From: a virus
Lineage: Duplodnaviria > Caudoviricetes
Reading direction: 5' to 3' (one strand)
Virus record (IMG/VR): IMGVR_UViG_3300025725_000004
Location: 1 to 42,975 of that record
Length of the DNA: 42,975 nucleotides
Part shown: one piece after another, positions 34,915 through 42,975 of the stretch
Layout: every line of letters starts with the position of its first letter
How positions within the stretch are numbered: position 1 is the stretch's first letter
Position numbers and translations under genes: made by a program
The notes under the pieces: generated by a model
Told to the model about the DNA's origin: nothing
The model's input: only the letters and a program-made list of their open reading frames with translations
The model's database searches: none

Positions 34915-36080
34915 GTTACTCCCTGTATGACTCACGTGGCTACGTGGCAGATGGGCCGTCAATTGGCGGGCTGTCGTCGCTCGTGGAATGGGCGTCACCG
35001 AATGCGGTGCTGTCTGCGTTCTTTGCCGACGGCCATACGACGCAGGTGGACGCGTTGATCAATGCCCTTGAGAAGACGCCAGCCGAGGGATCGGTGGAGT
35101 CGTCGAGGGCGGCGTTGCTCGACGCGGCGAGTCGTGCGCATGATGTTCTCATCTTGTCTGACGGCGTGGGCTCCTCGTCGTCTGAGCCTCGCACGGCTGC
35201 CAAGCAACGTGTGCCCAAGCCACTCACGCAAGCACACGGCGTGGCGGATGCCGCGCGTGTGCTCGTCAAAGATACGATGCAGAAGGGATGGTCCGCCAAT
35301 GGCGTGAAGGATGAAGCGAGCGCGATCACGGCTGCGACGCAGGACGCCAAGACGCTCGAAGACGAGTTGACGTCGCTGTTGCAGCGCGTGATCAACGCGT
35401 CTGCCCGCGTGCATGCGCGCACCTGGACCGTGCCCGCGCCTGTGCGTCCAAAGACGGCACTGGGATTCTTTGGAGGGTTGCTTCGGGTATTGAAACCCAA
35501 GACCTCTATCGCGAAGCCTGAGTTTAACGTGGCGAACAGCGAGGCGGTCAATTGGGCACGGGCGCACGCGGGCGACTTGATCAAGGGAATGTTGGACGAG
35601 CGACGTGTGACGATTCAGTCCATCATTTCTTCGGGCATCGAGAAGGGCCGCACGGTCGCGCAGACCTCGAAGCTCCTCCGGGACAGCGTAGGGTTGAATG
35701 CGCGTCAGGGTGAGGCGTTGCTCGGCCTGCAGGAGACGCTCGAAGAGCAGGGACTCAGCGCGTCGGAAATCGAGGACGAAATCTCCGTGCGGGCCCAGGA
35801 GATGACGGAGTCCCGTGCGGAGATGATCGCCCAGACCGAGACGATGGCGGCCGCGAATGAGGGGCAGAAGGAACTGTGGGACCAGGCCGTGGAGCAGGGG
35901 TTGTTGTCGGGCAGTGAGTCGATGGAATGGATCTACACGCCCGATAACTATGCGTGTCAGGATTGCGAAGACCTGGACGGCACGACGGTGCCGCTGGGCG
36001 AAGAATTTGACGACGGTGGTCCGCCGTTGCATCCGTACTGTCGGTGTACCCTGGGTCTGGCTGTGGAAGCGATAGGGTGA
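34911..36080 (+). CDS. MuF-like head morphogenesis (minor capsid) protein with extra N-terminal domain
   Basis: RAEMIAQTE...EW...CQDC..LDG...PPLHPYCRC. Confidence 0.85.
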   Translation: MSYSLYDSRGYVADGPSIGGLSSLVEWASPNAVLSAFFADGHTTQVDALINALEKTPAEGSVESSRAALLDAASRAHDVLILSDGVGSSSSEPRTAAKQRVPKPLTQAHGVADAARVLVKDTMQKGWSANGVKDEASAITAATQDAKTLEDELTSLLQRVINASARVHARTWTVPAPVRPKTALGFFGGLLRVLKPKTSIAKPEFNVANSEAVNWARAHAGDLIKGMLDERRVTIQSIISSGIEKGRTVAQTSKLLRDSVGLNARQGEALLGLQETLEEQGLSASEIEDEISVRAQEMTESRAEMIAQTETMAAANEGQKELWDQAVEQGLLSGSESMEWIYTPDNYACQDCEDLDGTTVPLGEEFDDGGPPLHPYCRCTLGLAVEAIG

Positions 36081-36084
36081 ACCT

Positions 36085-36348
36085 ATGACCATTCTTGGTG
36101 ATCTTGCGGTGCGGCTCAAGGCTGAAGAGGGGCATGTGGCTGACCTTCATTTTCCGTACGATGGCCACGAACTCGGGCGCGAACTTGTGGCCGAAGGGCT
36201 CTTGCCGGCAAACTGCATGGACGTGACGTTATTCATCCCGGTGAACGGCGGTCTCGCGTTGCGGTATGAGGTCATGGTCACGGACGTTGAACTCGCCAAG
36301 ATCGCACGGGCGATGGAACGACTGCTTTCGGTGCAGAGGGAGAAGTGA
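36085..36348 (+). CDS. Hypothetical protein
   Basis: 87-aa ORF between the MuF and protease genes. Confidence 0.55.
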   Translation: MTILGDLAVRLKAEEGHVADLHFPYDGHELGRELVAEGLLPANCMDVTLFIPVNGGLALRYEVMVTDVELAKIARAMERLLSVQREK

Positions 36349-36349
36349 C

Positions 36350-38755
36350 ATGGCGATATTGCCCGTAGAGTTGATTGTCGTCCAGGAACCGGAGATGCGT
36401 CGGCTCACGGTGGCCGCGACCGGGTCCCTGCTGCGCACGGCCGTGTTCATGGGTCGGCAACACCTGGTCGTGCCGGTGATTGCGCTGAGGGAAGGCGTGA
36501 TTCACGCGGTCAATGCGTCTTCACCAGAATTCGTACCTGCCAGCGAACTGGACGTGACGCCTCAAGGGTGGAACGGCCGTCCGGTGCTGCCGTTGCATCC
36601 CGTGGATGCGATGCGACGACAGATCAGTGCAAATTCTCCGGCCGTCCTTGAACAGCACCAGTTCGGGTTCATCGCGAATGCGCACACCGAAGGCCGGATG
36701 CTGAAGATGGAAGCGTGGCTGGATCGGGCGCGTGCGTTGGCACTCGGAGGGGACGCACTCAGGGTCATTGAGCGTCTCGAAGCGGGAAAACCGATCGAGG
36801 TGTCGGTCGGCGCGTTCGTCAGTGCGGAAGCGAAGGATGGGACGCACGAGGGACGGGCGTATCAGGCCGTGTGGCATGCCATCGTGCCTGATCATCTGGC
36901 CATGTTGCCGGAAGGGACACTGGGCGCCTGTTCGAATGAGATGGGGTGCGGTGCGCCACGGATGATGGCCGACGGCACGTTGCGAGACGCGGACAACCCT
37001 GAAGGCATCAATCAGTATTCACACGGAGTCGGGCAGGGGTCAGCTGGGCATTCTGAGACCCGACCAGAGGGTGCGGGAAAACCGGGGACAAAGGTCGAGG
37101 CCTTGCGGCTCTCGAAGGTGGCTTCGGAGAAGTCCATACAGGCGTATGCCCATCCGAGTGTGGCGACGCATACGGCCGCGGCACATGCTCATCAAGCGGC
37201 TCAAGCGGCGCACGATGCACGAGGAGTGATCGGGTCACAGCATGCAGACTGGCATTGGACAAAGGCAACGGAACATTCGCTGGCGTTGGGCAACTCCTAC
37301 CCGCCACCGCCCCCATCGCGCAGATTGCTCGCGGATGGGACACTTCGAGACGCGGATAATCCCGAGGGCATCAACCAGTATTCAGGTGGAGGTGGGAAGT
37401 CAGCAGACGAGCATCCGTACGCGGTGCACGTGCGGAAGGAAGTTGTGAGTACGCACGCCTCGCTCAAAGAAGCGAAGGTGGCAGCCAAAGCCGCGAACGC
37501 AAATCGGAAAGTGGCTGCCGTGGTGCGGAGTCGTGGCGGGAAGAACAACGCGTATCCGGCAGGCACGCCTCATTTCGTTGCCAAACAATACGGCACACAC
37601 GCGGGTCGATCCGCAGAGGAGGGAACACCACCTATGACACTTCGTGAACGGGTCAAAGCGCTACTTCGCGGAGCGCGAGACGAACCCACGGTCGCGGCCG
37701 AGGGTGACACCGCGGAACTTGTGCAGTACGGGACCATGCAGACATTGCTTGACGCGGTGACGACCGCATACGATGCCGCGGTTGCGTTACTGAACGACCT
37801 GGTCACCGAGGACGCAACCGCACCTGCGTTACCGGAGGACAAAGCGGCAGTTGAAGAACTCGAGTCGGCTCGGCTGGAGTCGTTCCAGTCGTATTGCATG
37901 GAGATGATCGGCTCAATCTCGAGCGCCATGCAGCTTGCGTACAAGTGCACGCGTGAGGATGCGCCGGCGATGGCCGTGATGGCGCAGAAGTTCAAAGACC
38001 TCGCGGGCAAGCGGAATTCGTCGTCAGACCAGACGATGATTCAATCGGTGCACGATCACACGGTCAAACTCGGTGCCGCGTGCGCGACATTGAAGGCGAA
38101 CGCCGGGACCCCATGCGGATGTGGCGATTCTGCTGCAGCCGCGCACTCCAAAGGAGAAGACGACATGGTAGAAAAGGCCACACGCATCGCAGCTTTGATG
38201 GCTTGCGAGCACAACACCGTCAAGGACAAGGCGATTCTCGACGCCTTGTCTACCCAGGAATTGGACGTGCTTGAGGCGTTCAACAAAACACGAGCGGCAA
38301 TGGCTGTCGATCCCAAAAAGGTGCTCGCCGACCTCGTGCCGAAACCCGAGCCGAAGCCGGTCGTGGTGGAGAAGGAAACCGTCAAGCAGACGGACACGAA
38401 GACCGTCAAGGAACTGAAGCCGGTCGACGCGCCGAAGACGGCGGAAATGTCCGAGGACGAGTACCTCAAGACGGCACCGGAGAGCATCCGTCAGTTGGTC
38501 GCTGACAAAAAGGCGGCGGATCTGGTGGAGAAGACTGCGCTGGTCACGTCGCTGAAGGACGCACAGAAGGAATACGGTGAGGCGGAACTCCAGACCATGG
38601 ATCTGAAGACGCTCGGACGTCTCGCCAATGTTGTCAAGGTCGTGAAGCCGGATTTCTCCGGACGCGGCACACCGCGCACCGCTGAGACCAAGAGCTACGC
38701 ACCGCCCGACGGGTACGCTGAGGGGATCAAGGCGCTTCGGTCGGTCACTCGCTAA
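36350..38755 (+). CDS. DUF2213-family prohead protease/scaffold with two inserted tagged modules
   Basis: VPVIALREGV, WNGRPVLPLHP, IEVSVG, PDHLAML...GACS...GCG; charged helical C-terminus; duplicated ADGTLRDADNPEGINQYS. Confidence 0.8.
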   Translation: MAILPVELIVVQEPEMRRLTVAATGSLLRTAVFMGRQHLVVPVIALREGVIHAVNASSPEFVPASELDVTPQGWNGRPVLPLHPVDAMRRQISANSPAVLEQHQFGFIANAHTEGRMLKMEAWLDRARALALGGDALRVIERLEAGKPIEVSVGAFVSAEAKDGTHEGRAYQAVWHAIVPDHLAMLPEGTLGACSNEMGCGAPRMMADGTLRDADNPEGINQYSHGVGQGSAGHSETRPEGAGKPGTKVEALRLSKVASEKSIQAYAHPSVATHTAAAHAHQAAQAAHDARGVIGSQHADWHWTKATEHSLALGNSYPPPPPSRRLLADGTLRDADNPEGINQYSGGGGKSADEHPYAVHVRKEVVSTHASLKEAKVAAKAANANRKVAAVVRSRGGKNNAYPAGTPHFVAKQYGTHAGRSAEEGTPPMTLRERVKALLRGARDEPTVAAEGDTAELVQYGTMQTLLDAVTTAYDAAVALLNDLVTEDATAPALPEDKAAVEELESARLESFQSYCMEMIGSISSAMQLAYKCTREDAPAMAVMAQKFKDLAGKRNSSSDQTMIQSVHDHTVKLGAACATLKANAGTPCGCGDSAAAAHSKGEDDMVEKATRIAALMACEHNTVKDKAILDALSTQELDVLEAFNKTRAAMAVDPKKVLADLVPKPEPKPVVVEKETVKQTDTKTVKELKPVDAPKTAEMSEDEYLKTAPESIRQLVADKKAADLVEKTALVTSLKDAQKEYGEAELQTMDLKTLGRLANVVKVVKPDFSGRGTPRTAETKSYAPPDGYAEGIKALRSVTR

Positions 38756-38806
38756 CGACGGTTCGCTAACGCGTACCGTTACCTCGGTATGGAGAGAGGA
38801 CACAAC

Positions 38807-39244
38807 ATGAGTATCACTCGATACGCTCCGAACACTGTCTATCTCGGAGGTCCGCGCACGGTCGTGAATGACCTGGCGGCTTCCGAGGCCATCACGCCTG
38901 GACATCTGATTGAGAGGTTCAACAACGCAGGTGTCTGGCGGTTGCGCAAGCACACGGGCACGTCGCTCGCTGGTTCCCTGTACGCCACCGAGCAGTCCAT
39001 GCTCAACAAGGGCGTCAATGACGCCTATGCGGCCAACGATCTGGTCGAAGCAGTCGTGGGCGCACCGGGCACCACGATCTGGGCGTTTATCGCGAGCGGC
39101 CAGAACATCGTCTTCGGAAACGACCTGGAATCGGCCGGTGACGGCACGCTCAAGGTCTACAACGCGGGCGTGAAGATCGCGACCGCAAACGAAACCGTCA
39201 CGGCCGTTGTCACTCCGACGCGCATCCGTGTGGAGGTGCTGTAA
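38807..39244 (+). CDS. Head decoration/cement protein
   Basis: ~145 aa between scaffold and capsid; AITPGHLI...LESAGDGTL pattern. Confidence 0.65.
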   Translation: MSITRYAPNTVYLGGPRTVVNDLAASEAITPGHLIERFNNAGVWRLRKHTGTSLAGSLYATEQSMLNKGVNDAYAANDLVEAVVGAPGTTIWAFIASGQNIVFGNDLESAGDGTLKVYNAGVKIATANETVTAVVTPTRIRVEVL

Positions 39245-39245
39245 C

Positions 39246-40319
39246 ATGGGATCCAAGAACATGCGATTCACCGCAGCGGCCAAGAACTCTCCGCTGACGG
39301 ACGTGGTGGCCCGAGCGATTGCCGCAACGGGCGGTTGGTCGATCGAGGCTCTGCGAGAACCCGGTTTTCGTGCCATGGAACAGGCGCTTGAAGACGCGCA
39401 GTTCCGTGCGGCCTCGCCCTTGACGGACAAGGCGCAGGTGTTCATCGACAAGGCGGTTGTCGACGTCGGCCTCGAACGGTTGACGTTCGCGGCGGACATT
39501 CTCGCAGCCGGGTTGACCTACAACCTGACGGACCCGCTCTCCATCACGCAGTTGGAGTGGTCCGCGACCAGTCGGGTCGGTGCTGCGCAGCGCACCATGT
39601 CGCCTTCAGCGCGTGGTGAGAATAAGCTGCCGATCGTGCTGCCCTATCGGCTGCCGATCTACCTGACGACTGACAACTTCAGCCTCGACATTCGCACGCT
39701 GAAGATGTCACAGCGTGTTGGCCAGCCGCTCGACACGGCGCTGATCAAGCAGTGCACCCGGTCGGTCAACGAGGCCATCGAAGATGCGGCCATCAACGGG
39801 GCGACCACGTTGGATGGACAGGAGCTGAAGGTGGCCGGGTATAGTGCCCCCGGACTGCTCAATGCACCGAATGCTGAGACGCAGGCGTTGACGGCAGCGG
39901 CCTGGGACGGATCGCCGGTGGGCGCGACGGTCTTCGCCGAAGTGCAGGCGATGATCGCGAAGCTGCAGGCAAACAAGAAGTACGGGCCGTATCGCCTGTA
40001 CATCAACACGGCGGTGGGCAATAACCTGAGCGGGGACTACGCGACCGTCGCCAATGCGCCGACGATCAAGGAACGCCTCCTCAAGATCGACAATCTCCAG
40101 GCGATTCGCACCGCGGATTTGATGCCGGCGACGAAGGTTGCGCTCGTGCAGATGACGTCGGATGTCATCGACATGGTCGTAGGCCAGACGCCGACCGTCA
40201 TTCCGTGGACGTCACTCGACGGCTTCACGATTCACAACCTCGTGATGGCCATCATGATTCCTCGCGTCCGTTCGGACTACAACGGCGACAGCGGGATCTG
40301 CATCGGCACGATCGCGTAA
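39246..40319 (+). CDS. Major capsid protein (HK97 fold, encapsulin/DUF2184-like)
   Basis: Size and position; LPIYLTTDNFSLDIRTL, PLDT, PGLLNAP, YGPYRLYI, IMIPRVRSD. Confidence 0.85.
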   Translation: MGSKNMRFTAAAKNSPLTDVVARAIAATGGWSIEALREPGFRAMEQALEDAQFRAASPLTDKAQVFIDKAVVDVGLERLTFAADILAAGLTYNLTDPLSITQLEWSATSRVGAAQRTMSPSARGENKLPIVLPYRLPIYLTTDNFSLDIRTLKMSQRVGQPLDTALIKQCTRSVNEAIEDAAINGATTLDGQELKVAGYSAPGLLNAPNAETQALTAAAWDGSPVGATVFAEVQAMIAKLQANKKYGPYRLYINTAVGNNLSGDYATVANAPTIKERLLKIDNLQAIRTADLMPATKVALVQMTSDVIDMVVGQTPTVIPWTSLDGFTIHNLVMAIMIPRVRSDYNGDSGICIGTIA

Positions 40320-40327
40320 ACGAGGTG

Positions 40328-40358
40328 GACGACCGGAGGCGCGACGGTCGTCTTCTTC
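40328..40358 (+). terminator. Probable intrinsic terminator after the capsid gene
   Basis: GACGACCG-N9-CGGTCGTC stem followed by TTCTTC. Confidence 0.5.
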
Positions 40359-40386
40359 ATGAGGATATTCATCCAGAGGAGAGAAC

Positions 40387-40800
40387 ATGATGACACGTGA
40401 AGAGCAGAGAGTGGCTGCTGACAAAGCGGTACTCGACAGGAAGAACGAAACCCAGATTGCGGCCGATCAGCGGTTGGCTGCGGAGGAAGTGTCCAAGATT
40501 CCCGTCGTCATCGAGGGCGACGAGAAACTCGGCGGACCCTTCAGCATTCACGGTAGCGGCTTCGGCAGTTCCGGCGCACTGACAATCGGTGGGCGTCTGA
40601 TCCCCACGACGAAGTGGTCGGACACCACCATCAAGGGGCAGTCCCCGGCCGGCGTCAAGGGTGACGTTGTGCTCACCACGGCCAAAGGTGTGCGGCATGG
40701 GACGTTCCCGCACGAGTGGCCCGTTGTCGTCGAAACAACGACCACGACCGTCAAGACCGTACCCGCGACGGCGAAGAAGAGATTCGTGCTCGACACGTAG
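40387..40800 (+). CDS. IPT/TIG (Ig-like) domain virion protein
   Basis: GGPFSIHGSGFG...WSDTTI...GDVVLTT; GAGGAG RBS. Confidence 0.65.
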   Translation: MMTREEQRVAADKAVLDRKNETQIAADQRLAAEEVSKIPVVIEGDEKLGGPFSIHGSGFGSSGALTIGGRLIPTTKWSDTTIKGQSPAGVKGDVVLTTAKGVRHGTFPHEWPVVVETTTTTVKTVPATAKKRFVLDT

Positions 40801-40860
40801 CCAAAGCGGTAGCCCGTAGAGACGATCGAACGTTCATTCAGATAATCCGAGGAGGGTGAC

Positions 40861-41037
40861 ATGAAGGCCGGCAACGATCCGAGAACCGATCAGCACAAGG
40901 GCCGTGAAGGCGGAGGCTATCCCGATCCGCCTCCGAACAGCACTCCGAAACCCGCACCGGGTGGCGTAGGCAACAAGCCCGATCAGAAGCCGAGTGCTCC
41001 GGCACCGAGTGCGCCGTATCCGCCCAGCAAGAAGTAA
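40861..41037 (+). CDS. Small Pro-rich protein (58 aa, not in the ORF track)
   Basis: MKAGNDPRTDQHKGREGGGYPDPPPNSTPKPAPGGVGNKPDQKPSAPAPSAPYPPSKK; GAGGAGGG RBS; hairpin GAAGGTCAC/GTGACCTTC follows. Confidence 0.55.
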   Translation: MKAGNDPRTDQHKGREGGGYPDPPPNSTPKPAPGGVGNKPDQKPSAPAPSAPYPPSKK

Positions 41038-41131
41038 GGTCGAAGGTCACAGATTGCGTGACCTTCCTTGAACGCCGGAGTTCAGGCGTGACAGTCGGGA
41101 GAGACCGGCGCCAACTTGAAGGAGAACAGCT

Positions 41132-41473
41132 ATGGCTTTTGCACTGATCGCACGACAGCAGGCGTTGGACGGCATCACGGTAGATCGGGTATCGTTGCAC
41201 AGCGGTGACCCTGGCACGACGGGCGCGAATTACATCACAGCCGGAGGCAAGCAGGTGGCAACGTTCAACGCGGCGAACGCCAGCGCAGAGCGTGTGCTGA
41301 ACGCGGACGTGCCGTTCACGGGTCTCGCGGCCAATGCGACCGTCACGCACTTCGGTGTGTGGCTCAACGCGGGTGACGTGTTCAAGTGCGGATACGCCCT
41401 CACGGGTGACCAGACGGCAAATGCCGCCGGGGAGTACACCGTGAAGGGGACCACGACGAAGATCACCGACTAG
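41132..41473 (+). CDS. Virion structural protein
   Basis: VSLHSGDPGTTGAN...VTHFGVW pattern common in phage structural/fibre-associated proteins; AAGGAG RBS. Confidence 0.6.
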   Translation: MAFALIARQQALDGITVDRVSLHSGDPGTTGANYITAGGKQVATFNAANASAERVLNADVPFTGLAANATVTHFGVWLNAGDVFKCGYALTGDQTANAAGEYTVKGTTTKITD

Positions 41474-41482
41474 GCAACTGAT

Positions 41483-42975
41483 ATGGCTGTCCCTGGCGCT
41501 GGCTCCAACGTTACCCTCGCCACGACCGGCAACTGGACGAATGCCGCTGCCGGTGTAGGGTGTCCTCGCGTCATCACCGTCGAGTGTGTTGGCGGTAGTG
41601 GAGCCGGAGGTGCAGGCACGTCGGCGTCAGGTGGCGGTCAGGGCGGCGGTGCTGGCGCGTATAGCAAGAAAACAAGCATCGCCGTCACACCAGGTCAGGT
41701 CATTGCATTCGTCATCGGTGCAGCGGGAGCTGGAAACAGTACGGGCAATGGCGGAGACGGCGGTGACACGGTATTCGGTCCGGCAGGGTCGCCTCTCTGC
41801 AAAGCGGCTGGCGGCAAGGGTGGCAAGAACTACAATGGCACAAGGACGGGCGCGGGCGGCGCGGAAGCGGATTGTATCGGCGATGCCTCTGGTCAGGGTA
41901 AGGGCGGCGACGGTGGGGCGTACGGAGCCGGGACCCTTGGCGGTGGTGGTGGTGAGTCCGGGTGGAATGTTGGCGACGGCAACGCCGGCACGAGCGGCGC
42001 GACTACGGGCGCGGGCGGCACGGGCACAGATGGCTTCGACGGCGCAGCAGGTGGCATCGCTCACGGCAACGGCGCAACGGCCACCCTTCCCGGCGGTGGT
42101 GGTGGCGGTGCAGGCCACATGTCGGGTGCAGCCGAGTTTGGCGGCGGTGGCTGCAAAGGCGTCATCTACATCACCTACACGACGCTTGTGGTGGCAGGCA
42201 CGCCAACGGTCAACTTGGACACGGACAACACCCCCGCCGATGCTGGGACTGTGGCGACGACCACGCCGGTCCTCAAGTTCAAGGGCACTGACCCCAACTC
42301 AGACGAAGTGGAATACAAGGTCGAAGTCGCTACCGTAGCAACGTTTTCTTCGTGGGCCGAGCAAACTCCCGCTGGAGCCGCCACCCAGGTCTGGAATGCC
42401 TGCGCCATCAACGGCGATAAGATGCTGACGGGAGTCTATGGCGGTCGGCTGTGGTATTATAACGGCACCTCGTGGGCAGAACAAACGCCTGCTGGAGCCG
42501 TCAATCTGAATTGGATTGCTTTTGCCATCGACGGAAATAAGATGTTGGCGGGAGCCTATGGCGGTCGCCTGTGGTATTACAACGGTACGTCGTGGGCCGA
42601 ACAGACGCCCGCTGGAGCCACCAATCAGAACTGGAAAAGCTGCGCCATTGGTGGCGACAAGATGTTGGCCGGGGCCAGTAGTGGTCGCCTGTGGTATTAC
42701 GACGGAGCGTCGTGGGCGGAGATCCAACCCGCTGGGGCGACCGATCTGTACTGGGGTGCCTGCAGCATCAGTGGTGATAAGATGTTGGCGGTAGGCAGTT
42801 TCCGTCTATGGTACTATAACGGCACGTCGTGGGCGGAAGCACAACCCGCTGGAAACGTCGATTGCTCTTGGCGTGGCTGCGCCATCGACGGAAATAAGAT
42901 GTTGGCGGGAGTCTACACTGGACGGTTGTGGTATTACGATGGCACGTCCTGGGCCGAGCAAACTCCCGCTGGAGC
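41483..42975 (+). CDS. Gly-rich fibre/receptor-binding-like protein with beta-propeller repeats, partial (runs off the right end)
   Basis: Hand translation from ATG 41483: Gly-rich domain (ITVECVGGSGAGG...GGGAGAY), a beta-rich linker, then 40-aa WAEQTPAG...KMLAG..GRLWYY.GTS repeats; no in-frame stop. Confidence 0.8.
   Translation, partial: MAVPGAGSNVTLATTGNWTNAAAGVGCPRVITVECVGGSGAGGAGTSASGGGQGGGAGAYSKKTSIAVTPGQVIAFVIGAAGAGNSTGNGGDGGDTVFGPAGSPLCKAAGGKGGKNYNGTRTGAGGAEADCIGDASGQGKGGDGGAYGAGTLGGGGGESGWNVGDGNAGTSGATTGAGGTGTDGFDGAAGGIAHGNGATATLPGGGGGGAGHMSGAAEFGGGGCKGVIYITYTTLVVAGTPTVNLDTDNTPADAGTVATTTPVLKFKGTDPNSDEVEYKVEVATVATFSSWAEQTPAGAATQVWNACAINGDKMLTGVYGGRLWYYNGTSWAEQTPAGAVNLNWIAFAIDGNKMLAGAYGGRLWYYNGTSWAEQTPAGATNQNWKSCAIGGDKMLAGASSGRLWYYDGASWAEIQPAGATDLYWGACSISGDKMLAVGSFRLWYYNGTSWAEAQPAGNVDCSWRGCAIDGNKMLAGVYTGRLWYYDGTSWAEQTPAG
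42350..42975 (+). repeat. In-frame 120-bp tandem repeats (5 full copies plus start of a 6th)
   Basis: Repeat starts at 42350, 42470, 42590, 42710, 42827 and 42947. Confidence 0.9.

Noticed and set aside
30400-39499. Long minus-strand ORFs (547, 274, 252, 374, 491 aa) opposite head genes
   Set aside because: Antisense to well-supported structural genes; expected in GC-rich DNA; no recognisable motifs.
42350-42975. CRISPR-like or non-coding 120-bp repeats
   Set aside because: The repeats are in-frame multiples of 3 within an open reading frame, with synonymous variation.

Overview
A ~43 kb, GC-rich segment of a tailed dsDNA phage (Caudoviricetes) genome; no integrase or repressor is visible in the window. 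It has two divergent arms. The leftward (minus-strand) arm, ~1-29.5 kb, runs from many small early genes with a shared AGGAGAC leader through a DUF932 gene, SNF2 helicase, RuvC-like resolvase, Cas4/RecB-like exonuclease, AAA recombinase, SSB-like protein, family-A DNA polymerase and a primase-AAA+ helicase fusion. It also carries an unusual candidate DNA base-modification cluster: divergent ThyX, FAD oxidoreductase, dNTP-pyrophosphatase/HAD fusion, VOC, Nmad1-like protein, SDR and DNA methyltransferase. The rightward arm, from ~30.1 kb, encodes terminase, DUF1073 portal, a MuF protein, DUF2213 protease/scaffold, decoration protein, major capsid and Gly-rich/beta-propeller virion proteins. The standout is at 20.9-22.6 kb: a lone RAMP/Cas7-like gene plus an accessory gene, followed by a 481-nt non-coding array of GGY-NN pentamers split into 8 full units by GGCA tetramers and closed by a hairpin. 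This is a candidate non-CRISPR RNA-guided system. A second highlight is a set of repeated peptide tags (GGxGSGNFGHxGxPGEVGGS; DNPEGINQY) after R-x-A sites that mark ADP-ribosyltransferase-like, nuclease-like and other cargo modules in head genes. All family calls come from motifs read by eye; no database searches were run.
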